DNA of 64,000 bases from an uncultured Candidatus Saccharibacteria bacterium (GTDB lineage: Bacteria; Patescibacteriota; Minisyncoccia; UBA6257; 2-01-FULL-56-20): NCBI GenBank assembly GCA_964484655.1, contig CAZAFA010000003.1, positions 28,147 to 92,146 on the forward strand. The letters are read 5' to 3'. Below, in pieces: positions 8,532 to 18,453 of this stretch. A model generated the notes under the pieces. It was given only the letters and a program-made list of their open reading frames with translations, searched no databases and was not told where the DNA came from. The position numbers and the translations under genes are program-made. Numbering within the stretch: the first letter of the stretch is position 1; each line of letters opens with the position of its first letter.

Positions 8532-9302
8532 CTAGAGCGGGCAGTCCGTGACGGTCAGCACGACCGGCCCGTCCTCGGTGATCGCGACCGTGTGCTCGCT
8601 GTGCGCCGCGATGCTGCCGTCGAACGTCGCGAAGCTGTCATCGGGCATCTGGCGCACGATGCGGCTCCCGAGCGAGAACATCGGCTCGATGGCGATGACG
8701 AGCCCCGGCGTCAGGCGCATGCCCGCGCCCGGCTTCCCCGCGTTGGCCACGTACGGCGCCTCGTGCAGCTCGCGGCCGATGCCGTGGCCGCCGAGGCCCT
8801 CGACGACGCTCACCTTGCGCTTGCGCGCGACCTGGCTGACGGCGTGGCTGATGTCGCCGAGATGCCGTCCCGGCTGCGCCGCGGCGATGCCTGCGGCGAG
8901 GGCCTCCTCGGTCGCAAGGACGAGGTCGCGCACCTGCTCCGGAACCTCGCCGACGAGGAAGGTGCGCGCCGAATCCGAATGCCAGCCCTTGTGGACGAGT
9001 CCTAGGTCGACGGTCAGGACGTCCCCTTCCTTGAGGACGTACGCGCCCGGGAGGCCGTGCACCACCGTCTCGTTGACCGAGGCGCAGATCGTCGCGGGGA
9101 AGGGCCGCTCAGCCCCCGCAGGCGCGTATCCGAGGAAGGACGGCTCGTCGCCGCCCGCCTGGATGAGCTCGCGCGCGAGCGCGTCGAGCTCGCGCGTCGA
9201 GACGCCTGGCGCCACGCGCGCGGCGACCTGGTCGAGCACGCGCGCGAGGCGCCTCCCCGCCTCGGCCATGAGCGCGATCTCCTCGCGCGTCTTCGTCCGC
9301 AT
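8532..9302 (-). CDS. map: Methionine aminopeptidase type I
   Basis: ORF 8532..9551 trimmed to MRTKTREEIALMAEAGR. Pita-bread fold motifs. Its start overlaps the adk stop. Confidence 0.85.
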   Translation of the reverse strand: MRTKTREEIALMAEAGRRLARVLDQVAARVAPGVSTRELDALARELIQAGGDEPSFLGYAPAGAERPFPATICASVNETVVHGLPGAYVLKEGDVLTVDLGLVHKGWHSDSARTFLVGEVPEQVRDLVLATEEALAAGIAAAQPGRHLGDISHAVSQVARKRKVSVVEGLGGHGIGRELHEAPYVANAGKPGAGMRLTPGLVIAIEPMFSLGSRIVRQMPDDSFATFDGSIAAHSEHTVAITEDGPVVLTVTDCPL

Positions 9303-9976
9303 CACTCCCCGTCGAGCGCCTTGAGGATGTCCGTGAACACCATGACCGGCGCCTGGTCCCCGTCGATCGCCTGGACCGGGATGCCGAGCTTCTTCACGAA
9401 CTCGACGACCGGCAGCGTCTTCTCCTCGTACTCCTTGATCCGCGTTGCCGCCTTGTCGGCGTCGGCGCGGACGAAGAGCTCGCCGCCGCAGACGCGGCAC
9501 CGCTTGGGCGCTTCCTGCGCGGGGCCGGTCGCCAGCTGCGGGCGGCCGCATACCGTGCAGGTGGCGCGCCGGCTGTTGCGGATGTCGCCGACCTCCCGCG
9601 GGATCTCGATGACCACGCAGCGGACGTTCTCCGCGCCGTACCCGGCGACGAGCGTCGGCATTATGGCCTCCGCCTCGCCGAGCGTGCGCGGGCTCCCGCC
9701 GAGCACGCAGCTCGTACGGTGCTCCGCCAGCTGCGCGAGATGCTCGCTGAGGACGCCGATCACGAACGAAGGCGTCATGAGCAGGCCGCTGTCGTAGCGC
9801 TCGCGTTCGGCGGCGATCACCGGATCGGACTGGCGCTCCGGATCATGGACGATCTTGCCGACGAGCCTGCCGGTGTCGACGACCTCGAAGGCGAGGGTGT
9901 CGGCGAGCAGCATGGCCTGCGTGCTCTTCCCCGAGCCCGGGGGGCCGAAGATGATGACCGCGCGCGCCGCCTGCAT
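9302..9976 (-). CDS. adk: Adenylate kinase (Zn-lid form)
   Basis: P-loop GPPGSGKSTQA and a lid CTVCG...CRVCGG. Confidence 0.9.
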   Translation of the reverse strand: MQAARAVIIFGPPGSGKSTQAMLLADTLAFEVVDTGRLVGKIVHDPERQSDPVIAAERERYDSGLLMTPSFVIGVLSEHLAQLAEHRTSCVLGGSPRTLGEAEAIMPTLVAGYGAENVRCVVIEIPREVGDIRNSRRATCTVCGRPQLATGPAQEAPKRCRVCGGELFVRADADKAATRIKEYEEKTLPVVEFVKKLGIPVQAIDGDQAPVMVFTDILKALDGE

Positions 9977-9977
9977 G

Positions 9978-11263
9978 CTACCTGCGGTCGTATTCGCGGA
10001 CCTGGAGCTGCGAGTCGATCTGGCGCATGGACTCGAGCGCCACGGCGACCACGATGAGGATGGCGGTGCCGGAGAGCGAGAGCGCCGTCGAGGAGCCCGC
10101 GTTGACCCCGGTGATGGCGGCGACGAGCGCCTGCACGATCGCCGGCAGGATGGCGATGATCGCGAGCGCGAGCGCGCCGTAGAACGTGATGCGGCTGATG
10201 ACGTGCCGGAACGTGTTCTGGGTCTGCTCGCCCGGACGGACGCCGGGGATGAAGCCGCCGCTCCGCTGCAGGTTCTTGGAGATCTCCGCCGGATCGAACG
10301 TGACGGACGTGTAGAAGTACGTGAACGCGAAGACGAGGACGAAGTAGACGCTGTTGTGCGCCCACTGGTTGTTCAGGAAGGCGTTCGCCCACTCGTTCAC
10401 CCGGACGCCCCACTCGGGCGTGATGAGCGCGACCATCTGCGCGAAGAACTGCGGGAAGGTCAGGACCGAGATCGCGAAGATGAGCGGGATCATGCCCGCC
10501 TGGTTCACCTTGAGCGGGAGGTAGCTGGAGCTGCCGCCCATGAGGCGGTTGCCGCGCACCTGGCGCGCATAGGCGATGGGCATGCGCCGCTCCCCCTCCG
10601 TGAGATAGACCACGCCGAGCACGATCGCGAGGGTCAGGACGCCGAACCCGATGAGGATGTCCGGCGAGTAGTTCCGGAGGCCCTGGGTGATGGTGCCCGG
10701 AAGGCCCGCGAGGATGCCCGAGGCGATGATGAGCGAGATGCCGTTGCCGAGCTTCTGCTCGCTGATGATCTCGCCGATCCAGAGCGCGAGCATGGATCCC
10801 GCGACGATGATGAGCACGTTGCGGAGCATGTCGACCGGGCCGAGCGGGTCGATGATCCCCTGCGAGGTGAAGAGCATGAGGAAGCCGTACGCCTGGATGG
10901 CTGCGAGCGGCACCGTGATGTAGCGGCTGATGCGGTTGAACTTGGCCTGGCCGCGCGCGCCCTCCTCGTAGTACATCTCCTTGAGGCGCGGGAAGATGAT
11001 CGTCAGCAGCTGCATGATGATCGTGGCGGTGATGTACGGGCCGACGCCGAGCATGACCAGCGAGAGCGTCGAGAGGCCGCCTCCCGAGAAGAAGTCGAGG
11101 AAGCCGAGCAGCGTGCTGCCGCCGAAGAACGAGGCGAGCCGGGCCGGATCGATCTGTGGGATCGGGATGGCGGCGAGGACCCGGTACGCGACGAGGAGCC
11201 CCACCACCGTGAGGACACGGGTGCGGAGCTCGGGAATGGCGAAAAGCTTGGCGAAGCGCTGCA
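9978..11263 (-). CDS. secY: Preprotein translocase SecY
   Basis: 10-TM protein, ORF trimmed to MQRFAKLFAIPELRTRV. Conserved spc-operon position after rplO. Confidence 0.9.
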
Positions 11264-11271
11264 TGGGAGGA

Positions 11272-11691
11272 TCAGGCGACCGAGCCGCCCGCTGCCTCAA
11301 TCTTAGCACGCGCGCCTTCGGATACCTGGAGGCCCGAAAGCACCAGCTTGCCGGTCACCGAGCCGTTCGCGAGCACCTTGATGGGACCCTTGTGGCGCGC
11401 CGGGACGAGCTTGAGCTCGCGGAGCACCTCGGGCGTCACCTGGTCGCGTCCTGCGGCCTTCTTGCTCAGCGGGCCGACGTTGACCACGAACGCCTCTGCG
11501 GACGTCGGCTTGTTCGCGAAGCCGCGACGCTTCGGGATGCGCGAGATGAGGTCGCGGATCGCCGGGCGCATGGACGTGCCCGCGCGCGACTTCTGGCCCT
11601 TCTGGCCGCGGCCGCCGGTCTTGCCGCGCTTGCCGCCGCGGCCGATCCGCTGAGCGCGCTGCTTCTTGTATCCGATCTCGTGGAGCTGCAT
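11272..11691 (-). CDS. rplO: 50S ribosomal protein L15
   Basis: MQLHEIGYKKQRAQRIGRGGKRGKTGGRGQKGQ... Confidence 0.9.
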   Translation of the reverse strand: MQLHEIGYKKQRAQRIGRGGKRGKTGGRGQKGQKSRAGTSMRPAIRDLISRIPKRRGFANKPTSAEAFVVNVGPLSKKAAGRDQVTPEVLRELKLVPARHKGPIKVLANGSVTGKLVLSGLQVSEGARAKIEAAGGSVA

Positions 11692-11701
11692 GGGAGTGGT
11701 G

Positions 11702-12184
11702 TTAGGCGTCGGCGCGCTTCGGCTTCTCCGACTTGATGCTCTTGAGCGCCTCGACGGCCGCCCAGGCGTTGGTGAGCTTGTTCGGCGTGCGGCCGAGCAC
11801 CTTCGCGGTGGCGTCCTTCACGCCGGCGAGCGCGAGCACGGAGCGCACGGCGGAGCCGGCGCGGAGGCCATGGCCGTGCGGCGCCGGCTTGATGCGGACC
11901 TTCGCCGCGGAGTACTTGGCCTCGGTCTCGTGCGCGATGGTGCGCTTCTCGCGGAGGGGCACGGTGACGAGCTCGCGGTTCGCCTTGGCCTTCGCCTTGG
12001 CGATCGCCTGCTGGACGTCGAGGCCCTTGCCGACCCCGATGCCGACCTTCCCCGCCTCGTCGCCGACCACGACGGTCGCGCGGAAGCGGAAGCGCTTTCC
12101 GCCCGCGACCACGCGCGTCACGCGGCGCATGTCGAGCACCTTCTCCTTGAGTTCCGCCTTGGGCTGGGTGAATTCGCGTGCCAT
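11702..12184 (-). CDS. rpsE: 30S ribosomal protein S5 (directly followed by rplO, no rpmD/L30 between)
   Basis: MAREFTQPKAELKEKVLDMRRVTRVVAGGKRFRF... Confidence 0.9.
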   Translation of the reverse strand: MAREFTQPKAELKEKVLDMRRVTRVVAGGKRFRFRATVVVGDEAGKVGIGVGKGLDVQQAIAKAKAKANRELVTVPLREKRTIAHETEAKYSAAKVRIKPAPHGHGLRAGSAVRSVLALAGVKDATAKVLGRTPNKLTNAWAAVEALKSIKSEKPKRADA

Positions 12185-12191
12185 GTGCGTG

Positions 12192-12545
12192 TTAGATAGT
12201 GAGTCCTGCTGCGCGGGCGCCTTCGGCGAGGGCTTTCACGCGGCCGTGGTAGCGGTAGCTGCCGCGGTCGAAGACCGCGGAGGTGACGCCGGCGGCCTTC
12301 GCTTTCTCGGCGATGAGCGCCCCGAGGAGCGCGCCCTGCTCGACGCGCGCGGCCTTCTGGTCGACCTGCTTGGTCGAAGCCGCGGCCAGCGTCACGTGCG
12401 AGCTGTCGTCGATCAGCTGCGCGTAGAGCGCCGCGTTGCTGCGGAATACGGTCAGGCGCGGGCGCTCGGCGCTGCCGCGCACCTTGGCGCGCGTGCGGCC
12501 GGCCCGGCGGAGACGCTTCACGGTAGGAGACTTGGTGCGGTTCAT
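12192..12545 (-). CDS. rplR: 50S ribosomal protein L18
   Basis: Sequence and spc-operon order. Confidence 0.9.
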   Translation of the reverse strand: MNRTKSPTVKRLRRAGRTRAKVRGSAERPRLTVFRSNAALYAQLIDDSSHVTLAAASTKQVDQKAARVEQGALLGALIAEKAKAAGVTSAVFDRGSYRYHGRVKALAEGARAAGLTI

Positions 12546-12557
12546 GGGTTCGGTGGT

Positions 12558-13091
12558 TTACTTGCCGGCCTTCTTGCCTGCCTTCATACGGACGAACTCG
12601 CCCTGGTAGCGGATGCCCTTGCCCTTGTACGGCTCCGGCTTACGGAACTTGCGGATGAGCGCAGCCGTCTGGCCGACGTCCTCCTTGCTCGTGCCCGAGA
12701 CCGTGATGAGGTTCTTCTCGACCGCGACGGTCACGCCGGCAGGCGGGTCGAACTTCACCGGATGCGAGAAGCCGAGCGCGAGGCTGAGCGTAGCGCCTTC
12801 CATGGCGGCGCGATAGCCGACGCCCTGGATCTCGAGGGTCTTGCTGTACCCCTCGGTGACGCCGATCGCGGCGTTGCGCAGCAGCGACCACTGGGTGCCG
12901 AGGTTGGCGGCGGCCTGGCGGTCAGTGCCGGTCAGGGTCACGGCGACGCCTTCCTCGCCCTGCGCGACCGAGACGCCGGCGAGCTTCTGGACGCGGAGCT
13001 CGCCCTTCGGACCGCTCACCGAATACGCGCCGTCCTTCTCGGTGAAGGTCGCGCCGTTGAGCGGGATGGGCTTGCGTGCGAGTCGTGACAT
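12558..13091 (-). CDS. rplF: 50S ribosomal protein L6
   Basis: MSRLARKPIPLNGATFTEKDGAYSVSGPKGEL... Confidence 0.9.
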   Translation of the reverse strand: MSRLARKPIPLNGATFTEKDGAYSVSGPKGELRVQKLAGVSVAQGEEGVAVTLTGTDRQAAANLGTQWSLLRNAAIGVTEGYSKTLEIQGVGYRAAMEGATLSLALGFSHPVKFDPPAGVTVAVEKNLITVSGTSKEDVGQTAALIRKFRKPEPYKGKGIRYQGEFVRMKAGKKAGK

Positions 13092-13102
13092 GGGAGTGGA
13101 GA

Positions 13103-13483
13103 TTACCAGATCTGGAAGAGATATTCGCCGCCGGCCTTCTTGTCGCGGGCCTCGGCGTTGCTGAGCACGCCCTGCGGAGTCGTGAGGACGCCGATGCCGT
13201 AGCCCTGGCGGACCGCCTTGATGTCCCGGTAGCCGGAATACAGGCGACGGCTCGGCTTGCTCACGATCTTGAAGTCCTGGAAGCGCGGCTTGCCGTCGTC
13301 GTAGGCGAGCTTGATGTCGAGGTAGAGCTTCTTGTCGGAGACGCGCTTCTGCACCTCCTTGATGAAGCGGTAGCGGACCAGGAGCTTGGCGATCTCATGG
13401 TTGAGCTTGCTGTACGGCGTCTGGAAGCCCTCCTTCCGGGCGGCGTAGGCGTTCTTGATCTTGGCGAGCAGGTCGTAGTGCAT
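13103..13483 (-). CDS. rpsH: 30S ribosomal protein S8
   Basis: Sequence and operon order. Confidence 0.9.
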   Translation of the reverse strand: MHYDLLAKIKNAYAARKEGFQTPYSKLNHEIAKLLVRYRFIKEVQKRVSDKKLYLDIKLAYDDGKPRFQDFKIVSKPSRRLYSGYRDIKAVRQGYGIGVLTTPQGVLSNAEARDKKAGGEYLFQIW

Positions 13484-13491
13484 GGCTTCGG

Positions 13492-13677
13492 TTACCAGGA
13501 GGACTTGCGGATGCCCGGGATGAGGCCGGCGGAGGCCATCTCGCGGAAGCAGATGCGGCAGAGACCGAAGTCGCGGATGTAGCCGTGCTTGCGGCCGCAG
13601 CGGAAGCAGCGCCGGACGACCCTCGTGCTGAACTTGGGCTTCTTCTTGCTGCGGGCGATGAGTGACTGGCGTGCCAT
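13492..13677 (-). CDS. rpsN: 30S ribosomal protein S14, Z-type (61 aa, Zn-binding)
   Basis: [46 protein letters not shown]. Confidence 0.9.
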   Translation of the reverse strand: MARQSLIARSKKKPKFSTRVVRRCFRCGRKHGYIRDFGLCRICFREMASAGLIPGIRKSSW

Positions 13678-13678
13678 C

Positions 13679-14233
13679 TTACTTTGCGAACGGGAACCCG
13701 ATCTTCTTGAGGACCTCGATGGTCGCTGCGCGGTCGTGGACCTTGGGGACGGCGGTGATGCCGAGCGAGAAGGCGCTCTGCGAGCGCTCCGCGTTGATCT
13801 CGGGGAACACGTACTGCTCCTTCACGCCCACGTTGAGCGCGCCGCCCTGGTCGACCTTGCTCTCCGGGATGCCGGAGAAATCGCGTACGCGAGGCAGGAC
13901 CATCCTAGTGAAGCGGACCAGGAAATCAACCATCTTCCGGCCCCTGAGCGTCACCACGACGCCTACGACCTGGCCCTCGCGGACCTTGAATCCGGCGATG
14001 GACTTCTTCGCCGCGGTGGTGTGCGGCTGCTGCCCGGTCAAGTCCGCGACGTCGCGGATGACCTGCGGGAGGTACTTGTCCTCGAAGTTCGCCATGTTCC
14101 CGGCCCGGCCGACGCCGACCTGGATGATGACCTTGGCGAAGTGCGCGCCGAGGAGAGCAGCCTCGGGGGAAGCGTGCTCGGTCTTCGCGTGCTTGTGTGC
14201 GGTCTTCGTAGTCATGGCGTTAGAGTGCGGCAT
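13679..14233 (-). CDS. rplE: 50S ribosomal protein L5 (with an N-terminal extension of about 25 aa, or a later start)
   Basis: ...[18 protein letters not shown]...FRGL-type motifs. Its start overlaps the rplX end. Confidence 0.85.
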   Translation of the reverse strand: MPHSNAMTTKTAHKHAKTEHASPEAALLGAHFAKVIIQVGVGRAGNMANFEDKYLPQVIRDVADLTGQQPHTTAAKKSIAGFKVREGQVVGVVVTLRGRKMVDFLVRFTRMVLPRVRDFSGIPESKVDQGGALNVGVKEQYVFPEINAERSQSAFSLGITAVPKVHDRAATIEVLKKIGFPFAK

Positions 14234-14540
14234 CGCACTTCTTGCAGAAGCGGACTTTGTTGTCGCCGTCCATGCGGTAGCCGACGCGGCCGGCCTTCTT
14301 GCAGCTCGGGCATACGAGCGCGACGTTGCTCACGTCGATCGGGCGCGGGATCTCGACCTGCTGCATGGTCGGCTTCGCCTGGCGGGTCGCCTGGCTCCGG
14401 ACGAACTTCTTGTACAGGTTGACGCCGTCGATCTGCACGCGGCCGGTCTCGGCGATGACGCGCGCGACCGTGCCGGTCTGCCCCTTCGCCCTCCCTGCGG
14501 TTACGAGGACCGTGTCCCCTTTCTTGATGCGGTACTTCAT
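14220..14540 (-). CDS. rplX: 50S ribosomal protein L24 with a C-terminal CxxC...CxxC zinc ribbon
   Basis: MKYRIKKGDTVLVTAGRAKGQTG (KOW) ... [30 protein letters not shown]. Confidence 0.85.
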   Translation of the reverse strand: MKYRIKKGDTVLVTAGRAKGQTGTVARVIAETGRVQIDGVNLYKKFVRSQATRQAKPTMQQVEIPRPIDVSNVALVCPSCKKAGRVGYRMDGDNKVRFCKKCDAAL

Positions 14541-14544
14541 GGCG

Positions 14545-14913
14545 TTAGACGATATCAGAGACCATGGTCATGAGCTTGTCGTGCCCCATCGCCTTGAGGT
14601 CGCGCGGGAACGGGCCGAAGACGCGGGTGCCCACCGGCTCCTTCTTTGCATCGAGCACGACGGCGGCGTTGTCGTCGAAGCGGACGTAGCTGCCGTCCGG
14701 GCGGCGCATGGCGTTGCGGGAGCGCACGACGAGCACCTTCACGATGTCCTTCTTCTTCACGTTCTTGCGCGGCTCCGCGGTCTGGACGGAGGCCACCACG
14801 ACGTCGCCGATGGAGGCGTAGCGCTTGCGGCTGCCGCCGAGCACGCGGAAGACGCGGACGACCTTGGCGCCGCTGTTGTCCGCAACCTTGAGGAGTGAGC
14901 GTTCCTGGATCAT
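14545..14913 (-). CDS. rplN: 50S ribosomal protein L14
   Basis: MIQERSLLKVADNSGAKVVRVFRVLGGS... Confidence 0.9.
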   Translation of the reverse strand: MIQERSLLKVADNSGAKVVRVFRVLGGSRKRYASIGDVVVASVQTAEPRKNVKKKDIVKVLVVRSRNAMRRPDGSYVRFDDNAAVVLDAKKEPVGTRVFGPFPRDLKAMGHDKLMTMVSDIV

Positions 14914-14915
14914 GG

Positions 14916-15170
14916 CTAGCTGTTGTTGGGGACGATCTCCCAGCGCTTCGTCTTCGAGAGCGGGCGCGCTGCCCGGATCGTGACGACGTCGCCGACCTTG
15001 GAGCTGTTCGCCTCATCATGCGCGGCGAACGTGGTGGTCACCTTGTAGTACTTGAGGTACTTCGGGTGCTTCTTCATGCGCGAGACAGCCACAATACGCG
15101 TCTTGTCCATCTTGTCGGACGTGACGGTGCCCGTGAACGAGCGCTGGTGGATGGTCTTGTTATCGGTCAT
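14916..15170 (-). CDS. rpsQ: 30S ribosomal protein S17
   Basis: ORF 14916..15248 trimmed to MTDNKTIHQRSFTGTVTSDKMDKTRIV... Confidence 0.85.
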   Translation of the reverse strand: MTDNKTIHQRSFTGTVTSDKMDKTRIVAVSRMKKHPKYLKYYKVTTTFAAHDEANSSKVGDVVTIRAARPLSKTKRWEIVPNNS

Positions 15171-15174
15171 GGCT

Positions 15175-15375
15175 TCAGGCGCGCGGCTCGCGGGCGACGG
15201 TGAGCGCGCGAGCGATGTCGCGCTTGATCTTCGCGACAGCCGCGCCATTCTTGCTCTTTCCCGTCATGATGTCCAGGCGCGTCACGCGGAGCTTCTCCTT
15301 GAGGTCCGCGACGACCTTGGCCAGCTCGCCTGCTGACTTCGTGCGGTAATCGGCGATAGTCTTGGAATGCTTCAT
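15175..15375 (-). CDS. rpmC: 50S ribosomal protein L29
   Basis: 66 aa helical protein in the conserved position. Confidence 0.85.
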   Translation of the reverse strand: MKHSKTIADYRTKSAGELAKVVADLKEKLRVTRLDIMTGKSKNGAAVAKIKRDIARALTVAREPRA

Positions 15376-15377
15376 GT

Positions 15378-15794
15378 TCAGGATACGCGGCTGATGACCT
15401 TGACCTTGAAGGGCAGCTTGTGGCCGGCGCGGCGGAAGGCCTCGCGCGCGAGCTCCTCGGCGACGCCGTCCATCTCGAAGATGACGCGGCCGGGCTTGAC
15501 CGGGAACACGTAGTGATCCACCGGCCCCTTGCCGCCGCCGAGGGTCTTCTCAGGCGGGCGCTTGGTCACCGGCTTGTCCGGGAAGACGCGGATCCAGACG
15601 CGGCCCTGGCGCTTGATGTAGCCGGTGATGGTCCGGCGCGCCGCCTCGATCTGGCGGGAGTTGAGCCATGCCGGCTCGAGCGCCTGGATGCCGATGCTGC
15701 CGTACTGCAGGTCGGTGCCGCGCGTCTCGACGAGGCGCTCGCGGGAGCGTCCCTTGTGCCACTTGCGGTGCTTTACTTTCTTCGGGATAAGCAT
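15378..15794 (-). CDS. rplP: 50S ribosomal protein L16
   Basis: MLIPKKVKHRKWHKGRSRE... Confidence 0.9.
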   Translation of the reverse strand: MLIPKKVKHRKWHKGRSRERLVETRGTDLQYGSIGIQALEPAWLNSRQIEAARRTITGYIKRQGRVWIRVFPDKPVTKRPPEKTLGGGKGPVDHYVFPVKPGRVIFEMDGVAEELAREAFRRAGHKLPFKVKVISRVS

Positions 15795-15798
15795 AGGT

Positions 15799-16485
15799 CT
15801 AGTCGCGGTCGAAGACGTCTCCCTTGTAGATCCAGACCTTCACGCCGACGGTGCCGTAGGTCGTGAACGCGGTCGCCTGCGCGTAGTCGATGTCCGCGCG
15901 CAGGGTCTGGAGCGGCAGGCTGCCGCGGACCTTCCACTCGCGGCGCGCGATCTCCGCGCCGTCGAGGCGGCCGGAGAGCAGGATCTTCGCTCCCTTCACG
16001 TCCTTGTTCTGCATGAGGGCGTCGAGCTGCTTGCGCATGGACTGGCGGAAGCGGATGCGGCGCTGGATGTCCTGGACGATGTTATGCGCCGTGGCGGCCG
16101 CCGAGACCTCGCTCCGCTTGAGCTCCTCGACGTTGAGACTGAGCGGCACCTGCTGGTAGCCGGGCGTCGCCTTGAGCGCCTTGTCGAGCGCCGCCGTCAG
16201 GTCCTGGATGCCCTTGCCGCCGCGACCGATGACCACGCCGGGACGCGCCGCCTTGATGACGACGCGCAGGCCGCCCGTGGTGCGCTCGATGTCGAGGCTC
16301 GCGATGCCAGCGGAGCCGACGCGCTTGTACACCGTATTGCGGATCGCCTCGTCCTGCATCAGGTACGTGCGGTACTGGGCGCGGTCGTTGAGCTTCGCGT
16401 TCGCGCGCACGCCGAAGAACCAGCGCGACGACCACGGCCTGCTGACTCCTACGCGGAACCCGACTGGATTGATCTTCTGTCCCAT
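15799..16485 (-). CDS. rpsC: 30S ribosomal protein S3
   Basis: MGQKINPVGFRVGVSRPWSSRWF... (KH domain). Confidence 0.9.
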   Translation of the reverse strand: MGQKINPVGFRVGVSRPWSSRWFFGVRANAKLNDRAQYRTYLMQDEAIRNTVYKRVGSAGIASLDIERTTGGLRVVIKAARPGVVIGRGGKGIQDLTAALDKALKATPGYQQVPLSLNVEELKRSEVSAAATAHNIVQDIQRRIRFRQSMRKQLDALMQNKDVKGAKILLSGRLDGAEIARREWKVRGSLPLQTLRADIDYAQATAFTTYGTVGVKVWIYKGDVFDRD

Positions 16486-16525
16486 GGTGTTGGATGACGA
16501 TACGTGAGGTGGTGGTCAGGGGCAA

Positions 16526-17047
16526 CTACGCGTCGCCGGTCTTGCGGCTGAAGAACTTCGACTTCTTCGCTGTCGTCTCCTTGACCTTCTTGTCGTCGGC
16601 GTGCTCGTGCGCCTTCGGCTTCTCGACCTTCTTCTCCTCGACCTTCGCCGGAGCCGTCTTCTTCTGGCGGCGCGGCATGACGAACGGAACGGCCTTGAGG
16701 CCCTCCTTCTCGCCGAGCACTAGGCTGACGTGGCTGCTGATCTTCTGGATCACGGTGCCGCGGCCGCGGGCCTTCGGGAGCATGCGCTTGATCATCGGGC
16801 CGTTGTCCACGCGGATGCTGGCGACGTAGAGCTTCTCCATGGCCATATCGGCGGCCTCCGCGTTGGCGATGGCGGACTGGAGGAGCTTGGCGAGCGGGGT
16901 CGCTGCGCGGCGCGTCTGCACCATGAGCTGCGCCTGCGCGTCCGGGACGGACTTGCCGCGGATGAGATCGGCGACGTTACGCACCTTGCGGGGCGCGACG
17001 CGGAGATGACGGAGGTTTGCCTTGGCGGTCTTCATGGTCGTGGTCAT
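16526..17047 (-). CDS. rplV: 50S ribosomal protein L22 with a Lys/Glu-rich C-terminal extension of about 60 aa
   Basis: L22 core ...LIRGKSVPDAQAQL...SAIANAE... followed by KKTAPAKVEEKKVEKPKAHEHADDKKVKETTAKK. Confidence 0.85.
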   Translation of the reverse strand: MTTTMKTAKANLRHLRVAPRKVRNVADLIRGKSVPDAQAQLMVQTRRAATPLAKLLQSAIANAEAADMAMEKLYVASIRVDNGPMIKRMLPKARGRGTVIQKISSHVSLVLGEKEGLKAVPFVMPRRQKKTAPAKVEEKKVEKPKAHEHADDKKVKETTAKKSKFFSRKTGDA

Positions 17048-17325
17048 TACTTCTTGCCCTTCGCGGCCTCCTTCATGAGCTTGCCGCCGTGACGGATGAA
17101 CTTCTTGGTCGGCGCGAACTCGCCCAGGCGATGGCCGACCATCTCCTCGGTGACGCGGACCGTCGTGAAGCCCTTGCCCATGTGGACGTCGAAGGCGTGC
17201 CCGACGAACTCAGGCGCGATCTCGGAGTCGCGCGCCCAGGTCTTGATGGGCTCGGGCTGGCCAGCCTCGATCTTCTTGAGGAGCTTGGCGTAGACGTACG
17301 GAGGCTTCTTGAGAGAACGTGACAT
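17047..17325 (-). CDS. rpsS: 30S ribosomal protein S19
   Basis: [20 protein letters not shown]... Confidence 0.9.
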   Translation of the reverse strand: MSRSLKKPPYVYAKLLKKIEAGQPEPIKTWARDSEIAPEFVGHAFDVHMGKGFTTVRVTEEMVGHRLGEFAPTKKFIRHGGKLMKEAAKGKK

Positions 17326-17326
17326 G

Positions 17327-18172
17327 TTACTTGGACTGGCGGCCGGGGCGGCGCTTCACGATGAACTTGGTGGACGGCTTGGTCTTGCTGCGGGTCTTGC
17401 GGCCGCCGGTGATGTTGCCCCAGATGTCCTTGGGCTTGCGGGTACCGCGCGGCTGCCGGCCTTCGCCGCCTCCGTACGGATGGTCCACGGGGTTCATCGC
17501 CGAGCCGCGGACGGTCGGGCGGACGCCCATGTGACGGTTGCGGCCAGCCTTGCCGATGACCACGAGGCTGTGCTCGCCGTTGCTGACCTCGCCGAGGGAG
17601 GCGAAGCAGGTGGAGAGGACCTTGCGGACCTCGCCCGAGGCGAGCTTGAGGTTGGTGTAGCCGGCCTCGTGCGCCATGACCTCCATCGAGGTGCCGGCGC
17701 TCCGGGCGAGCTGGCCGCCCTTACCGGGCTGGAGCTCCACGTTGTAGACCTTGAAGCTGGTCGGGAAGTTGCCGAGGCGCATGCGATTGCCCGTGGTCAG
17801 CGGCACCTGCTCGTCGGCGACGATGGTGTCCCCCACCTTGAGGTCCTTCGGCGCGATCACGTAGCTGTACTCGCCGGTCTCGTACTTGATGAGCGCGATG
17901 AACGCCGTGCGGTACGGGTCGTACTGGAGCGACTCGACCACGGCAGGAACGCCGAGATGCGCGGTCTGCTTGAAGTCGACCAGGCGGTACCGGCGCTTGT
18001 TGTGGCCGCCCTGGTGGCGCATGGTGATGCGCCCGGTGCTGTTGCGGCCGGCGTGGTTCTTCAGCGTCACCAGGAGCGACTTCTTCGGCTTGGCGCCCTT
18101 GGTGAGCGTCTTGCCGTAGGAAACCGTCGTCATCTGACGGCGCGAAGGCGAGGTCGGCGAGTACTTCTTCAT
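17327..18172 (-). CDS. rplB: 50S ribosomal protein L2
   Basis: 281 aa with typical L2 motifs (...[10 protein letters not shown]...). Confidence 0.9.
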   Translation of the reverse strand: MKKYSPTSPSRRQMTTVSYGKTLTKGAKPKKSLLVTLKNHAGRNSTGRITMRHQGGHNKRRYRLVDFKQTAHLGVPAVVESLQYDPYRTAFIALIKYETGEYSYVIAPKDLKVGDTIVADEQVPLTTGNRMRLGNFPTSFKVYNVELQPGKGGQLARSAGTSMEVMAHEAGYTNLKLASGEVRKVLSTCFASLGEVSNGEHSLVVIGKAGRNRHMGVRPTVRGSAMNPVDHPYGGGEGRQPRGTRKPKDIWGNITGGRKTRSKTKPSTKFIVKRRPGRQSK

Positions 18173-18176
18173 GGGA

Positions 18177-18452
18177 TTACTGGATGGTGATGGTCTGGCC
18201 GGCCTTGAGGGTGACGGTCGCCTTCTTGATCGCAGGCTTGGTGCCCGCGAGGCGTCCCCAGCCCTTCCGCTTTGCGGGACGGGTCGTGATGGTCACGTCG
18301 ATCGGGTCCACCTTGTAGAGCTCCTTCACGAGCTTCTTCACCTCGGTCTTCGTGGCCTCGGGGCGGACGAGGAAGGTGTACTTGCCCTTGCCCGAAGCCA
18401 TGGCCGTCTTCTCGGTCACCCAGATGCGCTTGATGAGGGTACGATCCAGCAT
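18177..18452 (-). CDS. rplW: 50S ribosomal protein L23
   Basis: Sequence and operon order. Confidence 0.9.
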   Translation of the reverse strand: MLDRTLIKRIWVTEKTAMASGKGKYTFLVRPEATKTEVKKLVKELYKVDPIDVTITTRPAKRKGWGRLAGTKPAIKKATVTLKAGQTITIQ

Positions 18453-18453
18453 G

